From contig JAHHIM010000024.1 in the NCBI GenBank assembly GCA_019358915.1, positions 10,202 through 74,201 on the forward strand: DNA of 64,000 nt, read 5' to 3'. The stretch's first letter is position 1, and every line of letters starts with the position of its first letter. The DNA comes from Trichormus sp. ATA11-4-KO1. Its GTDB lineage: Bacteria > Cyanobacteriota > Cyanobacteriia > Cyanobacteriales > Nostocaceae. The translations under genes were made by a program, and so were the position numbers. Below the pieces are notes generated by a model. That model ran no database searches and had not been told where the DNA came from. It was given only the letters and a program-made list of their open reading frames with translations. This document shows positions 1 to 10,296 of the stretch, piece by piece.

Positions 1-1
1 C

Positions 2-937
2 GATCGCTATGCAGCCTTTGCTGAAGAGATGCTGGTTCAAACCAGTACCGGTGTTGCTCCCTGGACTTTAATTGAGGCTAACTCCCAACGTTGGGCACAA
101 GTGAAGGTGCTAAGTCAGCTAGCTGCTACCTTGACGGCTGCCTTAGATCGACTCAAAATTCAGGTTCCTTCCCCTATCTTGCCTGCTCAAACTCATTTAG
201 AAACCACGGAGTCAGACTTATTAGCGCAAGTCGATTTGAGCTTGACTCTTACAGAAACTGACTACGAAGAGCAATTAGCCAAGGAACAAGTACAACTACG
301 TAAGTTACAGTTAAGCATCCACAAGCATCAAATCCCTGTACTGGTGATGTTTGAGGGTTGGGATGCAGCAGGTAAAGGAGGGGCGATTAAGCGCCTCACC
401 GATATCCTCGATCCTCGGAGTTACTTTGTTCATCCCTTTGCTGCACCCACAGACGAAGAAAAAGTTCATCATTACCTCTGGCGATTTTGGCGACGATTGC
501 CCACTGCTGGGATCATTGGCATTTTTGACCGTTCTTGGTATGGTAGGGTACTAGTCGAGCGGGTAGAGGGATTTGCTTCTGAGATCCAATGGCGCCGAGC
601 CTACCGAGAAATTAATGAGTTTGAGGCTCAGTTAACCAGTGCAGGCTATGTTTTAGTGAAGTTTTGGCTGCATATTAGCCCAGATGAACAACTTAAACGC
701 TTTATTGAACGTCAAAATGACCCTTTTAAGCAATACAAGCTTACCGATGAAGACTGGCGTAATCGGGAAAAATGGCCTGAATATGAAGTGGCAATAAATC
801 AAGCTATTCAGCGAACTACTACCCCCACTGCTCCCTGGACTGTCGTTGCTGCTAATGATAAATACTATGCCAGAGTCAAGGTCATTGAAACTGTTGTAGA
901 AGCAATTCAGGCTGAATTAAAACACCGTAAGAGTTGA
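2..937 (+). CDS. pap: Polyphosphate kinase 2 family, two-domain polyphosphate:AMP phosphotransferase (5' partial)
   Basis: FEGWDAAGKGGAIKR Walker A, FDRSWYGRVLVERVEG and LTDEDWRNREKW motifs; the frame is open from the window start. Confidence 0.9.
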   Translation, partial: DRYAAFAEEMLVQTSTGVAPWTLIEANSQRWAQVKVLSQLAATLTAALDRLKIQVPSPILPAQTHLETTESDLLAQVDLSLTLTETDYEEQLAKEQVQLRKLQLSIHKHQIPVLVMFEGWDAAGKGGAIKRLTDILDPRSYFVHPFAAPTDEEKVHHYLWRFWRRLPTAGIIGIFDRSWYGRVLVERVEGFASEIQWRRAYREINEFEAQLTSAGYVLVKFWLHISPDEQLKRFIERQNDPFKQYKLTDEDWRNREKWPEYEVAINQAIQRTTTPTAPWTVVAANDKYYARVKVIETVVEAIQAELKHRKS

Positions 938-944
938 CTAAATT

Positions 945-994
945 CAGTGCTGAGTGCGCTAGCCCTGAGCGAAGTCGAAGGGGAGTGCTGAGTG
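945..994. repeat. Short dispersed repeat embedded in AGTGCTG heptamers; second copy at about 3698-3742
   Basis: CTGAGTGCGCT(A/T)GCCCTGA(G/A)CGAAGTCGAAGGGGAGTGCTGAGTG occurs twice, near-identical. Confidence 0.75.
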
Positions 995-1179
995 AAAAAA
1001 AGAGGAAGAAAGGACTTTCTCACTCGTAAATGTGCCGCCCCTCTCTGACGGGCATAGCTGCGCTTACCGCGTTGCCATAGGCATAAGGCTCCGCCGACTT
1101 ATAGCAACTGGCGTGCAAAGTTACAAAGAAAAAGACACTTTATTGTAGTAATTTATACTTTTAATTCAGCAACGCCAAG

Positions 1180-1440
1180 CTACTTTTCTAATCGCACTGC
1201 GTACCACTGTAAATATTGTCCAGGGCCAATATCCAACTCACAACTCGTGTCGATTAAATATTGGGCTTGAGCTTCTACAGAATCAAAGTTTTGTAAGTCT
1301 GCTGGCAAATCATCCTCACTTATTTTTTGCAGCACTATCTTCAGCTTTGCTAATAATTCGTCTGCTGTGAGAAATTTTTCTGGTTGGTCGGTTTCTAGGA
1401 CGACAAAATCATCCTGTTGATACATTAGTGAGTCTGGCAT
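1180..1440 (-). CDS. crr7: Chlororespiratory reduction protein 7 (NDH-1 assembly factor)
   Basis: 86 aa; MYQQDDFVVLE...EKFLT and C-terminal CELDIGPGQYLQWYAVRLEK typical of CRR7. Confidence 0.8.
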   Translation of the reverse strand: MPDSLMYQQDDFVVLETDQPEKFLTADELLAKLKIVLQKISEDDLPADLQNFDSVEAQAQYLIDTSCELDIGPGQYLQWYAVRLEK

Positions 1441-1848
1441 TTAAGAAGTCTTATTAATAAATTATTGTTTTTCTACAACATTGTTACATGCGCATTTTTC
1501 AATATTTTTGTCTGCTAGCACTTATTACAGTTTTACTTACCACTGGTTAATATCAGTGTTATGTGAGCAAAGTCATCTACACTTAAGATTTCTACACCGT
1601 ATTTAAGTAATATACTGATATTCTTACGAAAAAGTCACCTATCTTTTGTAATACATATATATAAGTATATCTATTTTAAATCAGAATTTTCACTTAATTT
1701 TCAGATCAGTCAAGCGATTGAATAATAAAGTTTGTTCTTAGCTTGATATTGACCATATGTATTTTATGTAATTATGCCAAATTCACAGATGGTAAAGCTT
1801 GCTGATGAACATGAATGGGAGTCATATAATCACAGGATTGAAGATAGC

Positions 1849-1979
1849 TAAGTAGGTAGGCACAAATAAAATCAACTATGTAAAGAAAAATGAATCAGCT
1901 TAAAACCCTCTTCCCTTCTGCCTCCTGCCTTCTGCCTTCTGCCTTATCCTAGCGATAAATTTTCCCACCCACCTACTTA
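1849..1979. mobile_element. MITE-like element with internal CCTTCTG heptamer repeats
   Basis: Terminal inverted repeat TAAGTAGGT...ACCTACTTA; about 130 bp, non-coding. Confidence 0.6.
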
Positions 1980-2651
1980 TCCGTTTACGGCACTTTAATA
2001 ATCTCTCTACTTCCGCTCAGTTGGTGTCTAAAGTAACAGCATAAGCCAATAATTAAGGCTTACATTTGAAGTTTTACCCAACTTTGAAATAACACTTTAT
2101 TACCAGGGAAATATAAAAGTAACAATTCCTCACAAAACCGTAGCCAGACAAAGAGTAACAATTACCTTTACATCTTAAATAAATTGTCTATGCAACTTAG
2201 TGATCTAAATTTTTCTTGGCTCAATTGCCTTGAGCCATCTTATATCCACAAAAACTTACTTGTGCAGCCACATAAACTTGGTATGCAAGTTCTCGTACTG
2301 ATGAGAATGCGATTATTTCCAGGCGATGGACAAATAGGCTGTTTTCAATATCCGCTTACAAGTCGCTATTTACATAAATTATTTAAACAGAGGTTAATGC
2401 TGTTAAATACAAAACAAATAGTTAGAACAGTAAAAAATTCTTCACTTGTTTGTTTCAATCCGGTAACAACTAAGCAACCCTTGTAGTCATAAAAAAGGTT
2501 GTACTTATTTATTTTTTACCAAATAGTTTTTGCAGTAGGATTCTCTCTGCTGTAAAAAATTCTCGCTCGCAGACTATTTAGAGATGAGGTCTAGCAGGTT
2601 TTCCTCGATTTGCCCATACCCGATACTCTCAATTTCAGTGGAACGCAACTC

Positions 2652-3674
2652 ATGTCAGGCATAAGCCCATTTTCTATTCCCAAACAACCTCCAGTCATTC
2701 TGGTGGCTGATGATGACAAGACCATCCGAGTACTGTTGCGTGAAGCTATGGAACACGAAGGCTATCGAGTCGTCGAGGTCAGTGATGGTAAGCAGTGTTT
2801 AGATGCTTATGAAACCGTCAAACCAGATATAGTCTTACTAGATGCCATGATGCCTGTAATGGATGGCTTCACTTGCTGTAAGCAGTTGCTGCAAATTGCC
2901 AGAAATAATTTGATGTCAGCACTTGCTAGCCTTGATACTGAATCTGCTTTGGGCAATACTGTGATTTCCAAGATATGGGAGCGCACCCCCATATTGATGA
3001 TTACAAGCTTAAATGATGAAGAGTCAGTAGATCGGGCTTTTGACGCAGGGGCTACAGATTATGTCACTAAGCCAATTCATTGGGCAGTATTACGCCAGCG
3101 ATTACGAAGACTATTACAACAAGCACAAGTATATAAACAGTTAGAGGCGGCAAACTTAGCTTTGCAGCATCTCGCCAACGTGGATGGGTTAACTGGGCTG
3201 GCTAATCGTCGTCGCTTTGACGATTATTTAAATACGCAGTGGATTAATTTAGCACAGGAGCAATCTCCTCTATCGCTGATTTTGTGTGATATTGATTTTT
3301 TTAAATTTTACAATGACCACTATGGTCACCCAGCCGGGGATCTTTGCATCCGCAAGGTAGGTACAGTTTTGAGCCATAAAGCACAAAAAACTCAAGATTT
3401 AGTAGCACGTTATGGTGGCGAAGAATTTGCTGTAATTATGCCACATACCCATGAATCTGGTGCATTTCATGTTGCCTCAGCCATGCAAGCTGGAGTTAGG
3501 AATTTGCAAATTGTTCATAAAGGGTCTGCCGTTGGTCAGTATGTCACTATGAGTATGGGAGTAGCGACTATTATCCCTACCTGGGAATCCTCACCTTCCG
3601 ATTTGATTGTGGCGGCGGATCAAGCACTTTACCAGGCAAAAGAACAGGGGCGCAATCGTATCATCCTCAAGTGA
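2652..3674 (+). CDS. Response regulator receiver-GGDEF diguanylate cyclase (PleD-like)
   Basis: REC domain (ILVADDD, LLDAMMP, DYVTKP) plus DGLTGLANRR and ARYGGEEF; ATG at 2652 preferred over TTG at 2610. Confidence 0.9.
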   Translation: MSGISPFSIPKQPPVILVADDDKTIRVLLREAMEHEGYRVVEVSDGKQCLDAYETVKPDIVLLDAMMPVMDGFTCCKQLLQIARNNLMSALASLDTESALGNTVISKIWERTPILMITSLNDEESVDRAFDAGATDYVTKPIHWAVLRQRLRRLLQQAQVYKQLEAANLALQHLANVDGLTGLANRRRFDDYLNTQWINLAQEQSPLSLILCDIDFFKFYNDHYGHPAGDLCIRKVGTVLSHKAQKTQDLVARYGGEEFAVIMPHTHESGAFHVASAMQAGVRNLQIVHKGSAVGQYVTMSMGVATIIPTWESSPSDLIVAADQALYQAKEQGRNRIILK

Positions 3675-3697
3675 GTGCTACTCAAAGTGCTTCCTTC

Positions 3698-3779
3698 CTG
3701 AGTGCGCTTGCCCTGAACGAAGTCGAAGGGGAGTGCTGAGTGATTTATTTTTCCCAATGCCCAATGCCCTATTCCCCAC
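3698..3779. repeat. Short dispersed repeat plus STRR heptamers (CCCAATG) between convergent genes
   Basis: Copy of the 945-994 element followed by CCCAATG-CCCAATG-CCCTATT-CCCCA. Confidence 0.7.
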
Positions 3780-4991
3780 CTAAGATGGATACACTGGCAA
3801 CGTGAAATGGAACCACGCACCGTTATTGGGGGCAGAATCTACCCAAATTTGGCCGTAATGCGCTCGAATGATACGTTGGCATAAACAAAGACCAATGCCG
3901 TAACCATCTATACCTTCATCGCGTTGGAGTCGGAAGTGGTTTTCAAAAATGCGATCGCGGTTTTCTATCGGTATACCAGGGCCAGTATCACCAATACTGA
4001 ATTGCACTTTTTGGGTGGTGCGGTGCAATCCGGCAATGCTAATTTTGCCACCCTCTGGTGTGTATTTTATGGCATTATCTAACAGATTGGTCAGCACTTG
4101 GCGCAAACGTTCTGGGTCAGCATATACGCTTGGTAAATCTTTAGGAATATCCGTTTCAATTTGTTGGGATTTGGCAATGTAGCGATCGCGCAATTCTGCC
4201 AACACGTCTAAGCAGAGTTTGCCAATTTCCAATTTTTGCGGTGTGATGGGTAGTTCTGTATCGTTTCCCCGGCCTACCTGCAAAAGGTCAGCGATCATGC
4301 GGTCAATTATTTTTGTTTGACTACGGGCTTGTTTGAGTAAATGCGCCGTCATTGCTGGTTTGAGTCGCTGAAATTCACCAGTTTCTGTATTGTAGTTAGA
4401 TTGTAGAGTTTCTATGGCGATCGCCGCAGCTGTTAAGGGATTGCGGAGGTCATGTGCCAGCATGGCTATCACCCTGTCTTTAAATTGTAGCTGCTCCTGA
4501 AGTTTCTCTTTTTCTTGTTTTAAGCGAAAAATTTCGTCTGAGAGTTTGATGAGTTCCGCAGACACAGCCACGGAACTAATTGTTGATTTAGGTGATGATA
4601 CCCAATTGTCATCTATCTTTTCTTGCAAGTCTTCTTGCAATTTTAAGTAAGCGTCTACAGATGTTTGCCAGCGAGGCCACCAGTTTTTCAATTGGGCGAT
4701 GATATTACTCCCAGCGATAATCTGTCTGGGTTCTGGGTGGATTTTAATTAAAGCTGGGGTGGCTACTAATTTAAAATGTTCTGCTAAGTATGGTTGTTGC
4801 CCGACATCGATAATTTGAAGTTCAAAGTTATACTCAGCCTGCAATTCTTTTAAGTAAGCACGGATGCGCTGCACCTGTTGTCGGGACTTTGGTCGTCCAT
4901 CAACAAATAGCAACAGTTGGAGTGGAGCCTCAGAATAAATCGGCTGATCCTGGGAAACTTGCATGTAATCGTGTTTCAGCACTGGTAACAA
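3780..4991 (-). CDS. sasA: KaiC-interacting sensor histidine kinase SasA
   Basis: N-terminal KaiB-like domain (LLLFVDGRP...[20 protein letters not shown]), H-box [11 protein letters not shown] and HATPase; start may be 4964. Confidence 0.92.
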   Translation of the reverse strand: MLPVLKHDYMQVSQDQPIYSEAPLQLLLFVDGRPKSRQQVQRIRAYLKELQAEYNFELQIIDVGQQPYLAEHFKLVATPALIKIHPEPRQIIAGSNIIAQLKNWWPRWQTSVDAYLKLQEDLQEKIDDNWVSSPKSTISSVAVSAELIKLSDEIFRLKQEKEKLQEQLQFKDRVIAMLAHDLRNPLTAAAIAIETLQSNYNTETGEFQRLKPAMTAHLLKQARSQTKIIDRMIADLLQVGRGNDTELPITPQKLEIGKLCLDVLAELRDRYIAKSQQIETDIPKDLPSVYADPERLRQVLTNLLDNAIKYTPEGGKISIAGLHRTTQKVQFSIGDTGPGIPIENRDRIFENHFRLQRDEGIDGYGIGLCLCQRIIRAHYGQIWVDSAPNNGAWFHFTLPVYPS

Positions 4992-5113
4992 CCTGGCGAC
5001 GCTTTGCTTTACAGAAAGTAGAATGGACTAACGGTTGTCGATGGTCGTTGTTTTTCTTCAATTTAATATCTATTTTAGATTTTTCATACTCCTATCTGAT
5101 TGGTGTTTTTGAT

Positions 5114-6634
5114 ATGAGATATATGTTTTTTAGCCTTTTGCTGCCTTTTTCTTTAGTTTCTGTTTCAGGAACTGCCCTATCTGCCGAATATCAGTCTCAA
5201 TCTGCCCCAAATCAAAATCTTACATCAAAGCCAACAGGTGAAAAATTTTATACTGAGGCCGGGCGACTGGTGCAGCAACAGATCAATTTAATTGCTCGCA
5301 TTGAGCAAGCACTGATTGAGCCAGATGCTAATCGGATGCGAGCGGTGCGAGGGCAATTAACATCCCAAGTCAAGACAGTAGAAGGTTTTCTGCACCGTCA
5401 GCACAAAAACTCTAAAACTTTGTGTAGCTCTAGAGCGGATTTATCGAGAAATCTTTCCCCCTTACCTGACCCGTTAACCGAAGCCCAAGCTCAAATTTAC
5501 TGCTCTTTGGCTGCTTCTAGCCAGGAATTATTAAAATTGGCGCCAATACTAGACCTGCTGTTATCCCGACGGGGTGAATTAGCCTTAATTAGACAGCTAC
5601 CTCTAGTCACTGGGGAACGCCAATCAGATCCTGTACTTTCTCTTGCACCAATGCAGTATCCCCATCTGGAAAAGTTAGCGATACCTTTCTCTACATGGGA
5701 ACCACATTTACCGAATGACAATTTAGGAACACAAGCAGCGTCTTCAGAATCATCATCCCTACCCGTACAAGTAATTGGTAGGACTGCGAAAACAGCCATA
5801 GCCAGTTATGTACCACCTCGACAACCTGCGATCGCCGCGCCTGAAGCATCACTTATTACTTTAGCAACTGCCAAACAAATTTTAACAGCTACACAAACTG
5901 CATTTCCCCCAGAAATCCACTTTACAGATCCTTGGGAAAATGCGGCGATACTCGAGCGCTTTGCTTACGACATCGACCCCCAAGAACCACAAACTTACGC
6001 CAAGTTTCTGGAATTGCCTCGAACTGGTATTTTTCGTGTACTACAGTCTTCAGTTTACCAACGTCCACTGAATACACTGAGAAATCGTTTGCAACCCAGT
6101 GTGAGCGATCGCTATCCTTTCCCATTTTTGGGTGATGCTAAGGAGGGATTTAATCCTAGTTTAGCACTTCAGGTGATCGGAAAGCGCTTTCAGTTGGTAG
6201 ATCAAGGGGTGAATTACAGTTTCATGGTGGATGTTGGTAATGTACCCCTTGAGGAGTTGGATGAGACATTGCAAGCTGTAACGTCACCAACGCGAGAATT
6301 TTTACTAAACTACAGACCGCCCCAGCAGTTAGATGCTTTACAAATAGAAAAACGGCGATTCTTGACTGGCAAAGACCAGAACTGGAACCAAAGTCAAGTG
6401 ATTTTAGCCAATGCTAAAGCCGAGTTAAATCATACTTATATAGTGCGATCGCTGCAATTCCAACTACCAGAAAATGTCTTCAGTGGTCAACCTATTTCTG
6501 TAAACCAGCCACAACAGATACACAGCAGCGATATTCTCCTAGCCTTCCGGCCAGTTCGCCGCCGTTCTGATGGCAGTTACACAGTGCTTTGGCGAGTTTT
6601 AAATCAGTTACCCGCACCGCAAATCGAAGATTAA
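5114..6634 (+). CDS. Hypothetical exported protein
   Basis: Long ORF; ATG at 5114 gives a signal-peptide-like N-terminus (MRYMFFSLLLPFSLVSVSGTALSA) and avoids overlap with sasA. Confidence 0.7.
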   Translation: MRYMFFSLLLPFSLVSVSGTALSAEYQSQSAPNQNLTSKPTGEKFYTEAGRLVQQQINLIARIEQALIEPDANRMRAVRGQLTSQVKTVEGFLHRQHKNSKTLCSSRADLSRNLSPLPDPLTEAQAQIYCSLAASSQELLKLAPILDLLLSRRGELALIRQLPLVTGERQSDPVLSLAPMQYPHLEKLAIPFSTWEPHLPNDNLGTQAASSESSSLPVQVIGRTAKTAIASYVPPRQPAIAAPEASLITLATAKQILTATQTAFPPEIHFTDPWENAAILERFAYDIDPQEPQTYAKFLELPRTGIFRVLQSSVYQRPLNTLRNRLQPSVSDRYPFPFLGDAKEGFNPSLALQVIGKRFQLVDQGVNYSFMVDVGNVPLEELDETLQAVTSPTREFLLNYRPPQQLDALQIEKRRFLTGKDQNWNQSQVILANAKAELNHTYIVRSLQFQLPENVFSGQPISVNQPQQIHSSDILLAFRPVRRRSDGSYTVLWRVLNQLPAPQIED

Positions 6635-6672
6635 TGTTTGTATGTAGTGAGGACTTTAGTCCTCTTTAGAAG

Positions 6673-6906
6673 CTAATCTATTTCAGTCTTATGTCCCTTA
6701 CCTTTCGCAGCTTCTAGCTTTTGGCGAATTGCTGCTTGAATTTTTTCATCAAAATCAGGGTCGTCTGGACTGGTAATCACTGTATGTGAGTGCTGATTGA
6801 GTCTATCCAAGTATGCCTGAAAAGCAGCCTTATCGTGACGGTTATTAAGAAAGTAGCGTTTTAATTCAGTATCTGACATGCCATTATAATTAACTTGACT
6901 CATCAA
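6673..6906 (-). CDS. Small conserved cyanobacterial protein (DUF6887-like)
   Basis: MSDTELKRYFL...DKAAFQAYLDR pattern; coupled to the upstream ORF by an ATGA overlap. Confidence 0.65.
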   Translation of the reverse strand: MMSQVNYNGMSDTELKRYFLNNRHDKAAFQAYLDRLNQHSHTVITSPDDPDFDEKIQAAIRQKLEAAKGKGHKTEID

Positions 6907-7088
6907 ACTACCTCTCCATTGAGTAATATTTGCAACTCAAGCTCTTCGTTTTGCCCAGCTAGGATGTAAATGTTACGAGTTCTATTATCAAGGCAGATGA
7001 GGTGTATTGGCTGAAGCATAATATACGTCAGTTGATAGCCGACGCGATATAAACTCTCTAATTGAGCTTGAGTAGCCATTTCAGTCAA
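6903..7088 (-). CDS. Small conserved cyanobacterial protein (DUF6888-like)
   Basis: TQAQLESLYR...LQPIHLICLDNRTRNIYILAG pattern; overlaps the downstream ORF by 4 nt. Confidence 0.65.
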   Translation of the reverse strand: MTEMATQAQLESLYRVGYQLTYIMLQPIHLICLDNRTRNIYILAGQNEELELQILLNGEVV

Positions 7089-7361
7089 TCAATTCATCTA
7101 CCGTTAATTTTCATCAGCCATCACGATTATCGAGTAAGGTTGAAGCGAGAAAAACACTGACTACAACCTTTACAAAATAAGGAAGAAGTTAGGAGAAAGA
7201 AGGAAGAAGGAATAACAAAAACTTTAGTTGTGGGTTTAGAGCCGCACTTTAAAAAAGATGTTTTTTGTGCTGCGCAGCGCCAAAAAACGGCTTCGGAGTT
7301 TCAATCCCACTTTTTAAAATGTGGGTCTCTTCTTCCCTCTTCCTTCGTGAACCTTAAATTT

Positions 7362-8966
7362 TTAAATTTTTTGTGCAGTAACTTCCTCTTCTTTCTCTTT
7401 GGTTTGCAAAGATGCGTAAAGCCGATTTAACGCATTAACATAAGCTTGTGCAGATGCAACTATGATATCTGTGTTGGCTGCATGACCGGAAAACACCCTG
7501 GATTGGGATCTTAGACGAATTGTTACTTCACCAATGGCATCAATCCCGGCTGTGACTGACTGTACAGAAAACTCAATCAACTCGTTAGGTACGTTCACTA
7601 CGCGGTTAATTGCCTTATAAACAGCGTCTACTGGCCCAGTACCAATTGCTGCATCGGTTAATTCTGCACCATCTGGGGTGCGGAGGGTGACTGTAGCCGT
7701 GGGTTTAGCATTACTACCACAGGAAATTTGCACTAGTTCTACTCGGAATAAATCGGGTGCTTGTTGAATTTCATCATTAACAATAGCTTCTAAATCCCAA
7801 TCAGAAATTTCTTTCTTTTTGTCGGCTAATTCTTTAAACCTCACAAAGGCTTTATTTAATTCGGTTTCTGATAGTTCAAAGCCTAATTCTGTCAAGCGGG
7901 TACGGAAAGCATTTCTCCCGGAATGTTTACCCAAAACTATTTGATTGTCTGTTAAACCAATCAATTGGGCATCCATAATTTCGTAGGTGAGCTTATTTTT
8001 TAAGACCCCATCTTGATGAATACCAGACTCATGAGCAAAGGCGTTTGCTCCAACGATGGCTTTATTAGGTTGTACTAGCATTCCCGTTAAATTAGAAACT
8101 AGACGGGAGGTTTTGTAAATTTGACGGGTGTCAATTTTTGCTAACGGTTCTTCAGAATCTGCTGGTCTTCCCAAAAAAGGATTGAAATATTGTCGCCGGA
8201 CGTGCAACGCCATTACCAATTCTTCTAAGGCTGCATTTCCGGCTCGTTCACCAATACCATTGATGGTACATTCTAATTGCCTTGCGCCATTTTTTACGGC
8301 TTCTAAGAAGTTGGCAACTGCTAAACCTAAATCATTATGTCCGTGAACAGAAATAATCGCTTGGTTAATATTGGGAACATGCTCTTTAATGCCCTTAATT
8401 ATTGCCCCAAATTCGCTAGGTGTTGTGTAACCGACAGTATCAGGAATATTAACTGTTGTGGCTCCAGCTGCGATCGCTCGCTCTAATACTTGGTAAAGAA
8501 ATTCTGGGTCAGAACGTCCAGCATCTTCGGGGGAAAATTCGACATCATCGGTGAAACTCTTAGCATAAGCCACCATTTCTTCGGCGATGGCTAGTACTTC
8601 TGATTTGGTTTTTTTCAGTTTGTATTGGAGATGAATATCAGAAGTTGCAATAAAAGTATGAATTCTGCCATGAGCAGCTGGTTTAATTGCTGCGGCTGCT
8701 GTTTTTATATCATCATGTCTAGCTCTGGCCAAACTACAAATTATCGGGCCATCTTCTGTTCCCACAATTTGGGCAATTTTGTTGATTGCGGCAAAGTCTC
8801 CCGGACTAGCAAAGGCAAAACCTGCTTCAATTACATCTACTCCTAAACGTGACAATTGTTTAGCGATCGCTAGCTTCTCGTCTATATTTAGTGTTGCTCC
8901 CGGACATTGTTCTCCATCTCGGAGTGTCGTATCAAAAATGATAATTCTCTCAGGTTTGCTCATCAT
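7362..8966 (-). CDS. leuA: 2-isopropylmalate synthase
   Basis: [41 protein letters not shown] and C-terminal GTGPVDA regulatory domain. Confidence 0.97.
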   Translation of the reverse strand: MMSKPERIIIFDTTLRDGEQCPGATLNIDEKLAIAKQLSRLGVDVIEAGFAFASPGDFAAINKIAQIVGTEDGPIICSLARARHDDIKTAAAAIKPAAHGRIHTFIATSDIHLQYKLKKTKSEVLAIAEEMVAYAKSFTDDVEFSPEDAGRSDPEFLYQVLERAIAAGATTVNIPDTVGYTTPSEFGAIIKGIKEHVPNINQAIISVHGHNDLGLAVANFLEAVKNGARQLECTINGIGERAGNAALEELVMALHVRRQYFNPFLGRPADSEEPLAKIDTRQIYKTSRLVSNLTGMLVQPNKAIVGANAFAHESGIHQDGVLKNKLTYEIMDAQLIGLTDNQIVLGKHSGRNAFRTRLTELGFELSETELNKAFVRFKELADKKKEISDWDLEAIVNDEIQQAPDLFRVELVQISCGSNAKPTATVTLRTPDGAELTDAAIGTGPVDAVYKAINRVVNVPNELIEFSVQSVTAGIDAIGEVTIRLRSQSRVFSGHAANTDIIVASAQAYVNALNRLYASLQTKEKEEEVTAQKI

Positions 8967-9058
8967 TTTGGCTCGTTGTTTTAGTTTTTACTGTTCGCTT
9001 AAAATATCTTGAACCTTAGTTTTTTACTCTTAGCATTTGTAAATATTTATTAAGCCGA

Positions 9059-9592
9059 TTAACCTTCTACTTTTTCTATACTGTCTCTGATATCATTTAA
9101 ATCAATATATCTATCCGTAGCATTACGTAATTCTCTAGCTATCATGCCTTCTGTCGATACTACTGTAATATGCGTATTTTTTGAACGTAATAATTCAATT
9201 GCTCTTTCAAAATCTCCATCACCACTAAATAAAACGACCCTATCGTATTGATCTACTGTATTAAACATATCTACGACAATTTCAATATCTAAATTGGCTT
9301 TTTGGGAGTAGCGACCGGAAGAATCATCATAATATTCTTTGAGAATTTTAGTTCGTACTGTATATCCTAAACTAATGAGAGCATCTCTGAAACCTCGTTG
9401 ATCTTGTGGGTCTTTTAAGCCAGTGTACCAGAAGGCATTGATTAATGTTGTGTCTGATTGCTCGTGTTTGAAGTATTCTAATACTCTTCTTGGGTCGAAA
9501 AACCAACCATTCTTTTGTTGAGCATAGAACATATTGTTTCCGTCTACAAAAATAGACAGACGATTCATTGGGGAACCCATAGAAAAATACAC
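9059..9592 (-). CDS. labA: NYN-domain protein of the LabA/DUF88 family
   Basis: IFVDGNNMFY, QKANLDIEIVVDM, LFSGDGDF and LRNATDRYIDL motifs; exact start uncertain (9580/9568). Confidence 0.8.
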   Translation of the reverse strand: MYFSMGSPMNRLSIFVDGNNMFYAQQKNGWFFDPRRVLEYFKHEQSDTTLINAFWYTGLKDPQDQRGFRDALISLGYTVRTKILKEYYDDSSGRYSQKANLDIEIVVDMFNTVDQYDRVVLFSGDGDFERAIELLRSKNTHITVVSTEGMIARELRNATDRYIDLNDIRDSIEKVEG

Positions 9593-10296
9593 CTAATATA
9601 TAGAAAAGAATTTAGATTGAACAATAGATTATAGCAATTCTCAAATGATAAATTTGCTAATATCCTTAAAGCAGGTTTTTATGTATAGCTTTTATCTTAC
9701 CTCTTTCACAGCATAAAATTGGCTAAAACATTGGACTTAAGGTGCTGGGACTTGAACCTTTTCACCTTTAACACTATAAGAGATACCTCGTGCTCAAAAT
9801 CTACCAATAAATTTGACTGAGTAACAGCATTCTTAGCTATATAACTGTCAAGTTTACTTCTAAAGAGGTAAAGCATAGGTCTTGCGGTAGGATACAGGAT
9901 GATGACCATCTATAAGTTTTGTCGTCAACAAAAGTACAAGCTTTATGGTAAATTCAGTCTTGTACAAGAGGAGCAAGTTGTACCATAAGAAACTCCTCAC
10001 AGATCAAGTCTAGGAGGCATACCCGTTGGTTTGAGAAAATCAAATCTTACCGCAACAAAGTGCTGAAATAGAGCATTTCCGACTCCAGTCTGAGGCAGAA
10101 TCACGGCTTTGATCTCAATTAAGAGAATAAGTTAGCCAGTATCTGGGTTAAGAGCCAACTGAGTCGAAATTTCTTAACCCAAGTTTGGTCAAAAATATCA
10201 AAGACATTACAAAAGTATAAGATTCTCATTTAAGTCTTATTTCAATCTTGAATAAATAAATAGAGTAGTAGTACGTAAACCAACTATTAACACGAT

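Noticed and set aside
2184..2486. 100-aa ORF upstream of the diguanylate cyclase
   Set aside because: AT-rich, no recognisable motif or RBS; more likely promoter/UTR DNA
4889..5113. Extended N-terminus of the 581-aa ORF
   Set aside because: Overlaps sasA head-to-head; the ATG at 5114 gives a signal peptide and is more plausible
7230..7430. 66-aa ORF downstream of leuA
   Set aside because: Lies over intergenic inverted and heptamer repeats and antisense to the leuA 3' end
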